From assembly GCA_950096895.1 (NCBI GenBank), contig CATNBF010000003.1, positions 3,801 to 67,800 of the forward strand: a DNA stretch of 64,000 bases, in the 5' to 3' direction. The stretch is from an uncultured bacterium (GTDB lineage: Bacteria > Pseudomonadota > Alphaproteobacteria > Rs-D84). Position numbers and translations under genes: made by a program. Shown here in pieces: positions 38,443 to 50,127 of this stretch (its first letter is position 1; every line of letters begins with the position of its first letter). Under the pieces are notes generated by a model. That model was not told the origin of the DNA, searched no databases, and saw only the letters and a list, made by a program, of their open reading frames with translations.

Positions 38443-38856
38443 TTAATTCATTTTACGTTCAACAACCTTGGTCTTGACCGGCAATTTTGCAGCCGCCAAT
38501 GCGAACGCTTCATACGCAACTTCGGGTTTAACACCGTCCAGTTCAAACATGATGCGGCCCGGCTTTACACGGCAAATCCAGTATTCGACGGCCCCCTTAC
38601 CTTTACCCATACGGACTTCGGCAGGTTTCTTGGTAACCGGAACATCAGGGAAAATACGAATCCACAATTTACCCATACGCTTCATGTGACGGGTAATGGC
38701 GCGACGCGCTGCTTCGATTTGACGCGCGGTCACACGTTCCGGCGACATAGCTTTCAGACCAAAAGATCCGAACGCCAATTCGCTGCCGCCTTTGGTTGCC
38801 CCATGAATGCGGCCTTTGTGCTGTTTGCGAAATTTTGTTTTCTTTGGCATTAACAT
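38443..38856 (-). CDS. rplP: 50S ribosomal protein L16
   Basis: [36 protein letters not shown] canonical L16. Confidence 0.93.
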   Translation of the reverse strand: MLMPKKTKFRKQHKGRIHGATKGGSELAFGSFGLKAMSPERVTARQIEAARRAITRHMKRMGKLWIRIFPDVPVTKKPAEVRMGKGKGAVEYWICRVKPGRIMFELDGVKPEVAYEAFALAAAKLPVKTKVVERKMN

Positions 38857-38898
38857 GATACAAATCCTTAAATTCTAATCTATTTGATTTTTTTAGAC

Positions 38899-39600
38899 TT
38901 ATTTGCTTTTTCTTTCGCTGCTGCCGGCGTATTCAGACGGTCTGGCCATTTCCGACGCCAACTTTTCCTTGTTGACAACATCACCAGTGTAAATCCATAC
39001 CTTTACACCGATAACACCATATGTCGTTTTTGCTTGAATCGATGCATAATCGATATCAGCACGCAGCGTATGCAGCGGAATACGTCCTTCGCGGATTTGT
39101 TCGCTGCGGGCAATTTCGGCCCCATTCAAACGACCAGAGCACATGACCTTAATCCCCTGGGCACCCGCCTTTTGGGCGTTCTGTACGGCCTTTTTCATCG
39201 CCCGCTTAAAGGAAACACGACCTTCGATTTGCTGGGCAATGTTTTGCGCAACCAATTGCGCATTCAGATCCGGACGGCGCACTTCATAGATGTTAACAAC
39301 GACTTGGTCGTTCTTAACCAACTTTTTAATATCATTGCGCAACGATTCAATATCGGCACCATTCTTACCGATAATCATCCCCGGACGAGATGTGTGGATG
39401 GTAACAACCACTTTTTTGGCAAAGCGTTCAATAACAACCTTGGCCAAACCTGCTTTTTTCAGTTTCTTTTCAACAAACTTGCGGATTTTGTTATCTTCCG
39501 CCAACAACGCCGCATAGTCTTTTTTGCCTGCGATCCAACGAGAATCAGTAATCTTGTTGATAAATTCGCGTAATGAAATCGGCGATACTTTCTGTCCCAT
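38899..39600 (-). CDS. rpsC: 30S ribosomal protein S3
   Basis: [24 protein letters not shown]... KH domain, canonical S3. Confidence 0.93.
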   Translation of the reverse strand: MGQKVSPISLREFINKITDSRWIAGKKDYAALLAEDNKIRKFVEKKLKKAGLAKVVIERFAKKVVVTIHTSRPGMIIGKNGADIESLRNDIKKLVKNDQVVVNIYEVRRPDLNAQLVAQNIAQQIEGRVSFKRAMKKAVQNAQKAGAQGIKVMCSGRLNGAEIARSEQIREGRIPLHTLRADIDYASIQAKTTYGVIGVKVWIYTGDVVNKEKLASEMARPSEYAGSSERKSK

Positions 39601-39689
39601 TTTACTTTTCCTTAGTTTAATGCCGGTGTTCTTGAAGTGTTTCCACTTTATTCAGGAATTTTCATTCCGTACCACCGTGCCATTTACCC

Positions 39690-40097
39690 TTATTTGTTTT
39701 TTTCTTCTTTTTTTGCTGTCTTTTTTGACGGTGCCACACCTGATTCCAAAATGATTGTCAAATTGGAAAACGGTTTCAGGATTGGACGTGCACTGCCGCG
39801 CGGTCCCGCCATAATACGCTTCATGGTCAAAGCCTTGCCGCACCAAATTTCTTTGATGTACAGGCTATCAACCGGCAGCTTTTTATTGTGTTCCGCGTTT
39901 GCAACCGCAGATAACAATGTCTTTAAGACTTCACCCGCCACACGCTTTTTCGAAAATTTCAAGACATCAACGGCACGGTCAACCGGCATACCACGAACCA
40001 TATCGCACACCAGACCAAGTTTCTGGGGGCTGACGCGGATAAACTTGTTGAACGCGCGAACCTGATTATCTTTGATTCCATATCTTGTCGTTGTCAT
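39690..40097 (-). CDS. rplV: 50S ribosomal protein L22
   Basis: AFNKFIRVSPQKLGLVCDMVRGMPVDRAVDVLKFSKKRVAGEVLKTLLSAVANAEHN canonical L22. Confidence 0.92.
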   Translation of the reverse strand: MTTTRYGIKDNQVRAFNKFIRVSPQKLGLVCDMVRGMPVDRAVDVLKFSKKRVAGEVLKTLLSAVANAEHNKKLPVDSLYIKEIWCGKALTMKRIMAGPRGSARPILKPFSNLTIILESGVAPSKKTAKKEEKNK

Positions 40098-40128
40098 AAC
40101 TATCTACCTTATATGTTTATAATCAGAA

Positions 40129-40413
40129 TTATTTCTTTCCGGCCGCGGCCTTTTTATTCGCGGCGTGACCCTTGAACGTACGTGTCGGGGCAAATTCACC
40201 CAATTTATGGCCAATCATATCTTCGGTAATTGCAACCGGGATAAATTTATTACCATTGTGAACATCGAACGTTAATCCAACCATCGGCGGCACAATCGTG
40301 CTGCCACGGGACCAAGTCTTAATTGGCTTGTGGTCATTCTTTTCATTCGCCGCAGCGGTCTTTTTCAAGACGGACGGGTGAACATAAGGACCTTTCCAAA
40401 CTGAACGAGACAT
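40129..40413 (-). CDS. rpsS: 30S ribosomal protein S19
   Basis: [18 protein letters not shown]...[16 protein letters not shown] canonical S19. Confidence 0.93.
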   Translation of the reverse strand: MSRSVWKGPYVHPSVLKKTAAANEKNDHKPIKTWSRGSTIVPPMVGLTFDVHNGNKFIPVAITEDMIGHKLGEFAPTRTFKGHAANKKAAAGKK

Positions 40414-40465
40414 AAAAAACTCCGTTTTTCTGGGGGGTCGGCGTTAAATACGCCGACGCCTTATA

Positions 40466-41299
40466 TTATTTCTTCTTTGCCAAATGTCTGCTGCGGATAA
40501 TCATCTTTGCAGTACGTTTATTGCTACGTGTACGATAACCCTTGGCCGGGATGCCGGTACGTGATACCGGTTCGTGACCCTTAGAGTGACCATTACCACC
40601 ACCCATCGGATGGTCGTTCGGGTTCATCGCCATACCGCGGACGGACGGACGAATACCCAACCAACGGGCACGCCCTGCCTTACCCAAGTTGACGTTGCGT
40701 TGATCCGGGTTGGAAACGCTGCCTACTGTGGCACGACAGTCAGAATGAACCTTGCGCAGTTCACCGCTGTTCATTTTAATCTGGGCGTAAACACCATCTT
40801 TACCCATTAACTGGGCATAGCAACCCGCACTGCGGGCCAACTGGCCGCCGGCACCCGGTTTCAGTTCAACGTTATGAACGATGGTCCCAATCGGCATATT
40901 CTTCAGGGGCATTGCATTACCCGGCTTAATATCTTCACGTGTACCAGAGATAACAGTATCACCAGCCTTTAAGTCACGCGGAGCCAAAATATAAGAACGC
41001 ATTCCGTCCGTATATTCAATCAATGCGATAAATGCGGTACGGTTCGGGTCATATTCCAAACGAATAACCTTTGCAGGCATATCCGTCTTTTTACGATCAA
41101 AATCAATCAAACGATATTTACGTTTGTGCCCACCACCTTGGTGCATAACTGTAACGTGCCCAAAATTATTACGTCCACCCTTGGACTTTAAGCCAACAGT
41201 TAACGCCTTTTCCGGTGCACCACGGTGCAATTCACTGCGATCAATTTGGGTCAGACCACGTGTTCCCGGCGTTATCGGCTTGTAATGCTTTAATGCCAT
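40466..41299 (-). CDS. rplB: 50S ribosomal protein L2
   Basis: [25 protein letters not shown]...[13 protein letters not shown] canonical L2. Confidence 0.94.
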   Translation of the reverse strand: MALKHYKPITPGTRGLTQIDRSELHRGAPEKALTVGLKSKGGRNNFGHVTVMHQGGGHKRKYRLIDFDRKKTDMPAKVIRLEYDPNRTAFIALIEYTDGMRSYILAPRDLKAGDTVISGTREDIKPGNAMPLKNMPIGTIVHNVELKPGAGGQLARSAGCYAQLMGKDGVYAQIKMNSGELRKVHSDCRATVGSVSNPDQRNVNLGKAGRARWLGIRPSVRGMAMNPNDHPMGGGNGHSKGHEPVSRTGIPAKGYRTRSNKRTAKMIIRSRHLAKKK

Positions 41300-41372
41300 T
41301 TTTTTCTTACCTTTGTTTCTGTCAAGACACTAACATCCCATGAATTCGGATTCTCTGTCTTGACCATTTTTG

Positions 41373-41705
41373 TTATACGTTTGCAGACAAATCCAATGTT
41401 GCATCTGCCGGCAATGAAACGTATGCCTTTTTCACAGTACGTTGTGTCCCCGTACTGCGACCGCGGAAAGTTTTTACCTTTCCTTTGGCGACGACAATGT
41501 TCACCTTGGTCGGTTTTACATTATACAACGCCTGAATCGCACGCGCAACATCTTCTTTGGTGGCATCCATTGCCACTTCGAATGCAATACCGTTAGCTTC
41601 AGACAGTTTTGCCGCCTTTTCCGAGATAATCGGACGACGCAGTATATCATAAGTACCAGCGGTCGCAACGATTTTTTTCTCTGTATTTACTTTTTTTTCT
41701 GCCAT
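41373..41705 (-). CDS. rplW: 50S ribosomal protein L23
   Basis: YDILRRPIISEKAAKLSEANGIAFEVAMDATKEDVARAIQALYNVKPTKVNIV canonical L23. Confidence 0.92.
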   Translation of the reverse strand: MAEKKVNTEKKIVATAGTYDILRRPIISEKAAKLSEANGIAFEVAMDATKEDVARAIQALYNVKPTKVNIVVAKGKVKTFRGRSTGTQRTVKKAYVSLPADATLDLSANV

Positions 41706-41723
41706 TTTATTGACCCTTTTTTA

Positions 41724-42353
41724 TTACGCCAATCTTGCTTCGACCGCCTTGACTGCGTCTGCCGTCAAAACCAATTTATCATGTTTCAGAATATCCAAAA
41801 CATTCAAACCAATTGTCGGCAATGCGTCAATATTCGGAATGTTTGCCGCGGATTTTTTGAAATTCGCGTCCAGTTCTGTGGCCCCTACAAACAACGCAGA
41901 TGTCATCCCCAGTTTCTTTAACTGTTTTGCGAACGCGTTTGTTTTCGCCGCAGACAATTTTTCAGAATCAATGATGACCAGGCTGCCTTCTTTTGCCTTT
42001 GATGACAAGGCCATTTTCAGCCCCAAGGCACGGATCTTTTTCGGCAAATCAATACCATGATCACGAACAACCGGTCCATGAACGACACCACCGCCGCGCA
42101 TGTGAACATTTGTTCTTTCACCTTGGCGGGCATTACCCGTCTTTTTCTGTTTGAAAGCTTTCTTGCTGCTGCCGGCGACATCAGACACGGTTTTCACCGC
42201 ATGTGTGCCCGCACGGGCGTTTGCACGCTGCCATGTCACGACACGGTGCAGAATATCTGCACGCGGTTCGATACCAAAGATGCCGTCTTGCAATTCTGCC
42301 TTGCCGACCGACTTGCCATCAAAATTTATAATGTCTAATTGCATTTTAATCAC
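41724..42353 (-). CDS. rplD: 50S ribosomal protein L4
   Basis: L4 family. KKTGNARQGERTNVHMRGGGVVHGP motif. Confidence 0.92.
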   Translation of the reverse strand: MIKMQLDIINFDGKSVGKAELQDGIFGIEPRADILHRVVTWQRANARAGTHAVKTVSDVAGSSKKAFKQKKTGNARQGERTNVHMRGGGVVHGPVVRDHGIDLPKKIRALGLKMALSSKAKEGSLVIIDSEKLSAAKTNAFAKQLKKLGMTSALFVGATELDANFKKSAANIPNIDALPTIGLNVLDILKHDKLVLTADAVKAVEARLA

Positions 42354-42381
42354 CTTACTCTTGCTGTCACTTGTTTATCGA

Positions 42382-43116
42382 TTATTCCGCAACAGCTTCT
42401 GTTTCGGTTTTCGTTTCTTCTGATGCCACTTCTGCCTGGGGCGCAGCCGCCGCCATGGTCGGAACCGGCAAATCTTTCTGTTCTTTCTTAATCGCGTCTG
42501 TCACCAAGACAAATGTGCCATTTGCACCCGGAACTGCGCCTTCGACGAAAATCAGATTTTCTGTCGTGTCAACACCGAATACTTTCAAATTCTGGACAGA
42601 AACGGTTTCGTTCCCCATCTGACCAGCCATCTTTTTACCTTTCAGAACACGGCCGGGCCATTCGCGCATCCCAGTACCACCAATGGAACGGTGGGCTTTC
42701 AGAACGCCGTGGGTGGCTTCTTTACCGCCAAAGTTATGGCGTTTCATTGCCCCCTGGAAACCTTTACCTTTGCTTGTCGCTTGGACATCAACAAATTGAC
42801 CGGCGACAAAATGGCTAGAAGACAGTGTTGTCCCCACAGGAATAACACAATCATCAGAAACACGGAATTCAACAACCTTGCGATATGGTTTAACCCCTGC
42901 CTTTTCGGCGGCTACCATCTGTGGTTTTGCGACGTGTTTTGCCTTGGCTTCACGCATTCCTAATACATTTGCTACATAACCGTGCTTTTCGACACTGCGA
43001 TTCCCGATGACCGTACAGTCACCGACAGATAAAACCGTTACGCCATGCGCCGCGCCATTATCGTCATACAGACGTGTCATACCAATTTTTGTTGTAATTA
43101 ATCCGCTACGTTTCAT
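42382..43116 (-). CDS. rplC: 50S ribosomal protein L3
   Basis: MKRSGLITTKIGMTRLYDDNGAAHGVTVL...FVAGQFVDVQATSKGKGFQGAMKRHNF canonical L3. Confidence 0.93.
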   Translation of the reverse strand: MKRSGLITTKIGMTRLYDDNGAAHGVTVLSVGDCTVIGNRSVEKHGYVANVLGMREAKAKHVAKPQMVAAEKAGVKPYRKVVEFRVSDDCVIPVGTTLSSSHFVAGQFVDVQATSKGKGFQGAMKRHNFGGKEATHGVLKAHRSIGGTGMREWPGRVLKGKKMAGQMGNETVSVQNLKVFGVDTTENLIFVEGAVPGANGTFVLVTDAIKKEQKDLPVPTMAAAAPQAEVASEETKTETEAVAE

Positions 43117-43186
43117 TTTATAATGCCTTTGTCGTTTATAGATCCCCGCAAATCTGGCCGATAGGCCAGACCGCGGAAAATCATCC

Positions 43187-43498
43187 TTACAATTTAATCT
43201 TCACATCCACACCACTTGCCAAATCCAACTTCATCAAGGCATCAACTGTCTGAGGGGTTGGATTAACAATATCGACAACCGCTTTGTGATTGCGGATTTC
43301 GAACTGTTCGCGAGACTTTTTGTCCACGTGAGGCGAACGGTTGACTGTAAACTTTTGAATCAATGTCGGCAAGCGAACGGGTCCAACGACATCCGCGCCA
43401 GTGCGCTTTGCAGTTTTAACTATTTCTTCGACAGATTCCATCAGTATGCGGTGATCAAACGCCGTTAATTTGATGCGAATCTTAGATGCAGGTACCAT
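43187..43498 (-). CDS. rpsJ: 30S ribosomal protein S10
   Basis: [39 protein letters not shown] canonical S10. Confidence 0.93.
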   Translation of the reverse strand: MVPASKIRIKLTAFDHRILMESVEEIVKTAKRTGADVVGPVRLPTLIQKFTVNRSPHVDKKSREQFEIRNHKAVVDIVNPTPQTVDALMKLDLASGVDVKIKL

Positions 43499-43577
43499 TG
43501 TTCGTTTTCCTTATTTTTATCTGGGCCGGTAATCACTGACACTTTTAAGCCAATTACACCGACCCAAGATTCGTTAG

Positions 43578-44765
43578 TTATTTAATAATTTTAGATACAA
43601 CACCCGCGCCAACTGTGCGTCCGCCTTCACGGATAGCAAAGCGACGACCTTCGTCCATAGCGATCGGGGCAATCAATTGCACCGTGAGACGAACGTTGTC
43701 CCCCGGCAGAACCATTTCTTTATCCGCCGGCAATGTGATTGTACCAGTTACGTCTGTTGTGCTAAAGAAGAACTGCGGACGATAGTTGTTAAAGAACGGT
43801 GTATGACGGCCGCCTTCTTCTTTGTTCAGAATATAAACTTCGGCTTCGAAATCTGTGTGCGGAGTGATAGAACCCGGTTTGCAGATAATCTGACCACGTT
43901 CCACATCTTCTTTCTTGGTCCCACGCAACAACAAACCAACGTTGTCCCCGGCTTCACCTTGATCCAGCAATTTGCGGAACATTTCAACACCCGTAACGGT
44001 TGTTTTCTGGGTCGGACGCAGACCAACGATTTCACATTCGTCGCCAACCTTGATCACACCAGCTTCGACACGACCCGTCACAACGGTACCACGACCAGTG
44101 ATCGAGAATACGTCTTCGATCGGCATCAAGAACGGTTTGTCAACCGGACGTTCCGGCATCGGGATGAATTCATCGCACGCCTTTAACAGGGCTTCGATAG
44201 ATTCTTTACCCAGACCGTCAGCCTTTTCTTCCAATGCGGAAATCGCCGAACCGTGAATAATCGGTGTGTTGTCGCCGTCAAAGTCATTCGCCGACAGCAA
44301 TTCGCGGATTTCCATTTCAACCAATTCCTGCAATTCCGGATCATTGGCCAAATCGCACTTGTTCAAGTAAACAACGATTTTCGGAATACCCACCTGGCGC
44401 GCCAACAAGATGTGTTCACGTGTCTGGGGCATCGGACCGTCAGTTGCCGCCACAACCAAGATGGCACCATCCATCTGGGCCGCACCGGTAATCATGTTTT
44501 TAACATAGTCGGCGTGTCCCGGGCAGTCAACGTGGGCGTAGTGACGACCTTCGGTTTCATATTCAACGTGCGATGTGTTAATTGTAATACCGCGGCTCTT
44601 TTCTTCGGGCGCGTTGTCGATTTGATCAACAGCCTTACCCTTGTCCGAACCGATACCGTTGTAATGAACGATCGCAGCCGTCAATGTCGTTTTACCGTGG
44701 TCAACGTGACCAATTGTACCGATATTGACATGCGGCTTGGTTCTTACATACTTTTCTTTTGCCAT
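43578..44765 (-). CDS. tuf: elongation factor Tu
   Basis: Start at ATG 44765 ([32 protein letters not shown]), preceded by an AAGGAGAAG SD. The track ORF is extended upstream artefactually. Confidence 0.96.
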   Translation of the reverse strand: MAKEKYVRTKPHVNIGTIGHVDHGKTTLTAAIVHYNGIGSDKGKAVDQIDNAPEEKSRGITINTSHVEYETEGRHYAHVDCPGHADYVKNMITGAAQMDGAILVVAATDGPMPQTREHILLARQVGIPKIVVYLNKCDLANDPELQELVEMEIRELLSANDFDGDNTPIIHGSAISALEEKADGLGKESIEALLKACDEFIPMPERPVDKPFLMPIEDVFSITGRGTVVTGRVEAGVIKVGDECEIVGLRPTQKTTVTGVEMFRKLLDQGEAGDNVGLLLRGTKKEDVERGQIICKPGSITPHTDFEAEVYILNKEEGGRHTPFFNNYRPQFFFSTTDVTGTITLPADKEMVLPGDNVRLTVQLIAPIAMDEGRRFAIREGGRTVGAGVVSKIIK

Positions 44766-44875
44766 GGTCTTCTCCTTTGGCTTTTGGTTTTTGTTAATTA
44801 TTATTTCTGACCGTGGATTCAGATTTAATCGGATATAAGATAACCGAAAAATCTGAAAACACAAGCCATAAATTC

Positions 44876-46957
44876 TTACTTGGTTAACTTTTTAATAACT
44901 TCGTCTGCAACATTTGACGGCACTTCGGCATAGTGCGACAATTCCATGTACGGATTGGCGCGACCCTGGGACAGTGAACGCAATGTTTTGACATATCCGA
45001 ACAAGTTAGCCAACGGAACGAACGCCGAAATCTGTTGATTTCCAAACTGGGTTTCGATGCCGTTAATTTGTCCGCGGCGACTGTTCAGGTCCCCGATGAT
45101 GTCCCCGACGTATTCTTCCGGTGTTGTGACCGAAAGTTTCATAATCGGTTCCAGCAATTTCGGCGAGGCCTTCTTCATCGCTTCGCGGAAGCAAGCACGC
45201 GCCGCAATTTCAAAGCACAGAACGTTAGAGTCTACTTCGTGGAACTTACCATCGACCAACGTTGCCTTGAAATCCACCGTCGGATAGCCAATCAGAACAC
45301 CTGTCTGTTGGGCTATCTTCAAACCTTTTTCAACCCCAGGGATGTATTCTTTCGGAATAGCACCACCGACAATCTTGTTTTCGAATTCATAACCTTCGCC
45401 CGGTTCCAACGGTTGGAATTCAATCTTAACCTGGGCGTATTGACCCGAACCACCAGACTGCTTTTTATGGGTGTATTCTTCGGTGATCGGTTTGCGGAAT
45501 GTTTCACGATACGCGATGCGCGGTTCACCCACTGCAACATCCACCTTGAATTCACGCAACAAACGATCCACCAAAATTTCCAAGTGCAATTCACCAACAC
45601 CCGCCAAAATCGTCTGACCCGATTCTTCATCAACCGAGACGCGGAACGACGGATCTTCTTTGGCCAATGCCTGTAACCCCAGCGACATTTTTTCAATATC
45701 TGCCTTGGTTTTTGGTTCAACAGCAATGCTGATCACTGGTTCTGGAACGTGAATGTTTTCCAACAAAATCGGCTTGGCTTCGTCACACAGGGTATCACCC
45801 GTGATTGTTTCTTTCATACCGACCAAGGTAACAATATCACCCGCAGACGCTTCTTTGATTTCTTCGCGGTTATTTGAATGCATCAACAACATACGACCGA
45901 CGCGTTCACGCTTGTCACGGTTCGCATTATAGATATATGAACCAGACTGTAATTTACCAGAATAAATACGGATGAACATCAAGTTTCCAACAAACGGGTC
46001 ATTGGCAACCTTAAACGCCAATGCACTGAACGGTTCGTCCGGTGACGCATGACGTTCATCGGCGGTTTCGCCATCCATCTTGGTTCCCTTGATCGCCGGA
46101 ATATCCAACGGACTTGGCAAATAGTCAACAATCGCGTCCAACAACGGTTGTACACCCTTGTTCTTGAACGAAGAACCGCACATAACCGGGTTAAAGTTCT
46201 GGTTAATTGTCCCCTTGCGGATTAATTTTTTGATGGTTTCGACATCCGGGATTTTGCCTTCCATGTATGCTTCCATGATCTCATCATCCAAGGTCACCAC
46301 TTCTTCGATCAAGTGATTATGTAATTCTTCGGCCTTGGCACGCAAATCTTCGGGAATATCAACGATATGCGGTTCTTTACCCATATCGTCTTCCCAAACA
46401 ATCCCGTGCATTTCAACAACGTCAACAACACCACGGAAATCGTTTTCTGCACCAATCGGGAAATTGACCACCAAAGGATTGGCCCCCAGACGTTCACGGA
46501 TCATATCAACACAGCGGAAGAAATTACCACCAATACGGTCCATTTTATTAACAAAGCAAATACGCGGCACACTGTACCGATCAGCTTGACGCCAAACGGT
46601 TTCAGTCTGGGGCTGAACCCCCGACACAGATTCAAACACCGCAACCGCGCCGTCCAAGACGCGCAAGGAACGTTCCACTTCCATTGTAAAGTCTACGTGC
46701 CCCGGGGTATCAATCAAATTGATACGATGATCACGCCAGAAGCAGGTTGTCGCCGCAGACGTAATTGTAATACCGCGTTCCTGTTCCTGTTCCATCCAGT
46801 CCATTGTTGCACCACCATCGTGCACTTCGCCGATTTTATACGTTTTACCGGTATAAAACAAAATGCGTTCCGATGTGGTGGTTTTACCTGCGTCAATATG
46901 GGCCATAATGCCGATATTGCGGTACATATGCAAAGGTGCGGTTTTTCCAACAGACAT
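44876..46957 (-). CDS. fusA: elongation factor G
   Basis: [27 protein letters not shown]...[19 protein letters not shown] canonical EF-G, 693 aa. Confidence 0.96.
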   Translation of the reverse strand: MSVGKTAPLHMYRNIGIMAHIDAGKTTTSERILFYTGKTYKIGEVHDGGATMDWMEQEQERGITITSAATTCFWRDHRINLIDTPGHVDFTMEVERSLRVLDGAVAVFESVSGVQPQTETVWRQADRYSVPRICFVNKMDRIGGNFFRCVDMIRERLGANPLVVNFPIGAENDFRGVVDVVEMHGIVWEDDMGKEPHIVDIPEDLRAKAEELHNHLIEEVVTLDDEIMEAYMEGKIPDVETIKKLIRKGTINQNFNPVMCGSSFKNKGVQPLLDAIVDYLPSPLDIPAIKGTKMDGETADERHASPDEPFSALAFKVANDPFVGNLMFIRIYSGKLQSGSYIYNANRDKRERVGRMLLMHSNNREEIKEASAGDIVTLVGMKETITGDTLCDEAKPILLENIHVPEPVISIAVEPKTKADIEKMSLGLQALAKEDPSFRVSVDEESGQTILAGVGELHLEILVDRLLREFKVDVAVGEPRIAYRETFRKPITEEYTHKKQSGGSGQYAQVKIEFQPLEPGEGYEFENKIVGGAIPKEYIPGVEKGLKIAQQTGVLIGYPTVDFKATLVDGKFHEVDSNVLCFEIAARACFREAMKKASPKLLEPIMKLSVTTPEEYVGDIIGDLNSRRGQINGIETQFGNQQISAFVPLANLFGYVKTLRSLSQGRANPYMELSHYAEVPSNVADEVIKKLTK

Positions 46958-46999
46958 GTGTGTTCCTTACTCTTAAATTGTCTTTTACGATTAATATTA

Positions 47000-47473
47000 T
47001 TACCAGCGGAAGTGTGCAAACGCCTTGTTCGCGTCTGCCATCTTGTGCGTATCGATCTTTTTCTTAAACGCACCGCCCTGGCCTGCTAATGCATCACGCA
47101 ATTCACCAAACAGACGGTTAGCCATGTTACGCTCACCACGTTTACGAGCAAACATCACCAACCAACGCAATGCCAATGTCTGCTGACGTACCGGACGAAC
47201 TTCGACCGGAACCTGATATGTGGCACCACCAACGCGACGCCCTTTGACTTCGACCGAAGGCTTTAACGCGTCAACCGCTTCTAAAAATGCGGCCAATTCA
47301 TCGCCATCTTTTGCAACTTTTTTCAGCATATCTAACGCATCGTAAACGATGTTTTCAGCAACTTCTTTCTTGCCGTCCCACATAACCATATTAATACATT
47401 TTGCAACAACCAGATTGTTATACTTGGAATCTGGCAAAATTTCGCGTTTCGCTGCGCTTTTACGTCTTGACAT
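47000..47473 (-). CDS. rpsG: 30S ribosomal protein S7
   Basis: Start at ATG 47473 ([20 protein letters not shown]...), AAAGGAAAAAC SD. The track start 47512 is an upstream extension. Confidence 0.93.
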   Translation of the reverse strand: MSRRKSAAKREILPDSKYNNLVVAKCINMVMWDGKKEVAENIVYDALDMLKKVAKDGDELAAFLEAVDALKPSVEVKGRRVGGATYQVPVEVRPVRQQTLALRWLVMFARKRGERNMANRLFGELRDALAGQGGAFKKKIDTHKMADANKAFAHFRW

Positions 47474-47547
47474 TTTGTTTTTCCTTTTGTTCTTCACCTG
47501 CGGCTGGGCCACAAATTACTCATCCCGGTGAAACCGGTATGCGATTA

Positions 47548-47919
47548 TTATTTTTTCACTTTGGCCCCATAGAGCGAGCGACCCTGCTTTCTGCTGTCGA
47601 CACCCTTGGTATCCAAAACACCACGGATAATATGATATTTTACCCCCGGCAAGTCCTTTACACGCCCCCCACGAATCATAACAACGCTATGTTCCTGCAA
47701 GTTATGACCTTCGCCCGGAATATAAGCCGTTACTTCATGACCATTGGCCAATTTAACACGGGCTACTTTACGTTGCGCCGAGTTAGGCTTTTTCGGTGTT
47801 GTTGTGTAAACACGCGTGCAAACGCCGCGCTTCTGGGGACTTTCCATCATATCAGGTGCTGTCGATTTCACGACGACCTTTTTACGTGGCTTCCGAATCA
47901 GTTGGTTTACTGTTGGCAT
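47548..47919 (-). CDS. rpsL: 30S ribosomal protein S12
   Basis: [55 protein letters not shown] canonical S12. Confidence 0.96.
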   Translation of the reverse strand: MPTVNQLIRKPRKKVVVKSTAPDMMESPQKRGVCTRVYTTTPKKPNSAQRKVARVKLANGHEVTAYIPGEGHNLQEHSVVMIRGGRVKDLPGVKYHIIRGVLDTKGVDSRKQGRSLYGAKVKK

Positions 47920-48069
47920 TCAAAATCTCTTTGTTTTTCCTTAATATTTTTGCCTATACGAAACCGGTACACCAGACTTATTTCAACGGCATGCCGTTGA
48001 TTATAAATCTGTCAAATGTCCCAGATTTCTGTGTTTTTTTCTTTCCTTGTTTACACGGAAAGCGAACAT

Positions 48070-48098
48070 ACTATAACCACGCGCCCCAGAAATGTCAA
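48070..48098 (-). promoter_or_regulatory. putative sigma70 promoter of the str operon (TTGACA-17-TATAGT)
   Basis: Minus-strand TTTTTCTTGACAtttctggggcgcgtggtTATAGT about 150 nt upstream of rpsL. Consensus -35, 17-bp spacer. Confidence 0.5.
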
Positions 48099-48225
48099 GA
48101 AAAAACTCCGAATAAACGATAAAGAATTCTTTTGAAACCCGTGAAAACATGGGGATTTTTTACCCGCATTACACGACAAAACATAATTGTGTACAAATAC
48201 GTATTTTATTTATGTCTATACTCGA

Positions 48226-48975
48226 TTAAAATTCGACAGAAAATGCGACGGCAAATTTCCAATAATTATCGTGTGCCCCCACTGTATTATCCCCGCCATA
48301 TGATGAAAAATGATATTTGACATATGGATGCACCGCCGCCACAGGCGACATATTATAAACGATGCCAATGGTGGCCGACGGCTTGTAAATCGTTTTGGGG
48401 CGCGATATTTGCACCATGTCATAAGACGCCGCCCCTTTGATTGCCCAATTCGGATGCAGATAGCGCATGACTTCGGCATTCAAATTAATATTCCAGAAAT
48501 TACCAGAATCGATCCAGACATATTGTCCGGTCACCTTGGCCGCCCATTGCCAACAATCGCCAATCAATCCATGGATTCGCACTGCGGCATCGACATTATT
48601 GTGGCCAAATCGATCATGTGTTCGTGCATTCTTGGTCCATGCAAATCCATAATCTGCAAAAATATCCAAGCGCAAGGCGCGATCGCGCAAAACTTTCCAT
48701 TTTACACCAACCTGGGCATCGGAATAATCGTTATCGGTGCTGAACGATACACCGGCCCGATCGGTAAAGGTATAGGATAAATCCAAGGCCAATTCATGAA
48801 TGCGCCCGGCCCCGAAATCAGTGCGATGGGTCTGATCGCGATTTTCACCGGTAACAAAGGCGGCACCAAAGCCTGCGGAAAATTCACCATTGCGTGAAAT
48901 CCGACTGACGTCCAGGCGGTTGGCGTGGGCATGACCAACACCCATCATACATAAAATAGCAATTAATTTCTTCAC
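48226..48975 (-). CDS. outer-membrane beta-barrel protein (porin-like), 249 aa
   Basis: Signal peptide MKKLIAILCMMGVGHAHA. Alternating amphipathic strands. C-terminal ...WKFAVAFSVEF ends in Phe (OMP signature). Confidence 0.55.
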   Translation of the reverse strand: MKKLIAILCMMGVGHAHANRLDVSRISRNGEFSAGFGAAFVTGENRDQTHRTDFGAGRIHELALDLSYTFTDRAGVSFSTDNDYSDAQVGVKWKVLRDRALRLDIFADYGFAWTKNARTHDRFGHNNVDAAVRIHGLIGDCWQWAAKVTGQYVWIDSGNFWNINLNAEVMRYLHPNWAIKGAASYDMVQISRPKTIYKPSATIGIVYNMSPVAAVHPYVKYHFSSYGGDNTVGAHDNYWKFAVAFSVEF

Positions 48976-49087
48976 AGGACTAATTGTACACGCCCCCAGA
49001 TTCTATACAACAAGCAAGATATCCCAAAATAAATCCCGGGGTAACCCGGGATGTTGCTTAAAAAGGATTTATAAACAATGATTTTAT

Positions 49088-49870
49088 TTAGAAATCAATA
49101 CCGAATTTCATGCCAAAGCCAAATCCGTCCTTGAATTTCCAATCACCTGTGTTGTGTGCCATTTCGCTGGTCGCGTAAACGCCAACAAATTTGGTCGCAT
49201 CCAGGTTATAGTTTACGCCAACAATGCTGGTCCAACGGCCTGCATCATCAACATCAACCCCGCCGATTTTATCATCCAAGATACCGGTGTATTCAACGCC
49301 AGCGGTCAGATTCCACGACGGATTCAGAACCAATTGACCATTAACGCCAACACGCAATCTGTGAATGCCATCGTCGTCCCAGTTAAATGATTCAGAATTC
49401 AAATAGTCAAATGCCACATGTCCTGCCAGTGTCCAATCACCTGTGACATAACCGGCGCGAACACCCGCCGTCCATTTGTATGATGTATCGTCTTCATCCA
49501 AGAATGAACGATGATCACCCCAAACCGGATTCAAGGTATATTCACCAAATACATCCCCTTTCCAGTTGCCCATATTTAATACACGATAATTCAGCCCAAC
49601 CGACAAATCATCCCACGACATTCCAGAAAAACCATCGCGTTCGGCCACCGACGTCGCCACCGTCATCATCAAACGATCAGATACACTGTACCCCAATTCT
49701 TCACGCAGTCCCCATGAATCTACATCTTCGGAATGTGATCCCAATTCGGTCACGCTATAGAACCGACCGGCATCCGGACGATATAACGGATTATTATCAA
49801 TTATATTCGCCGCACTGGCTGCCCCGGCGGTCATAACCGCCAACAGTGATGTCAAAGCTATCTTTTTCAT
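49088..49870 (-). CDS. outer-membrane beta-barrel protein (porin-like), 260 aa, related to 48226-48975
   Basis: Signal peptide MKKIALTSLLAVMTAGAASA. C-terminal ...WKFKDGFGFGMKFGIDF. Same size class and terminal pattern as its neighbour. Confidence 0.55.
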   Translation of the reverse strand: MKKIALTSLLAVMTAGAASAANIIDNNPLYRPDAGRFYSVTELGSHSEDVDSWGLREELGYSVSDRLMMTVATSVAERDGFSGMSWDDLSVGLNYRVLNMGNWKGDVFGEYTLNPVWGDHRSFLDEDDTSYKWTAGVRAGYVTGDWTLAGHVAFDYLNSESFNWDDDGIHRLRVGVNGQLVLNPSWNLTAGVEYTGILDDKIGGVDVDDAGRWTSIVGVNYNLDATKFVGVYATSEMAHNTGDWKFKDGFGFGMKFGIDF

Positions 49871-50127
49871 GCTTTATCCTTTCCTTTTGTATTTCACTTG
49901 CTGGATTTCTTTCCCAGTTGTATGCATTTTGACATGTCATAAACATCCCCACAAGGGCAAAGATTTTTGCACATTTAACGCTTTCATGATATAATAACGC
50001 GCGTACGCGATTCGGATTTATTCCTATTATTTTCCCGGAACCTGTTGGTTTTCTGGGATTTTTTATTACCATGAAAATTAAATATTAACAAATTAAATTA
50101 TTAAATAATTTAATGAATGACGGTTTT

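Noticed and set aside
43578-44864. Long N-terminal extension of EF-Tu ([15 protein letters not shown]...) and the extensions of rpsG (47474-47512) and the acyl-CoA synthetase (55110-55136)
   Set aside because: These are ORF-track artefacts from taking the furthest upstream start. Conserved N-termini and strong SD sequences identify the internal ATGs as real starts.
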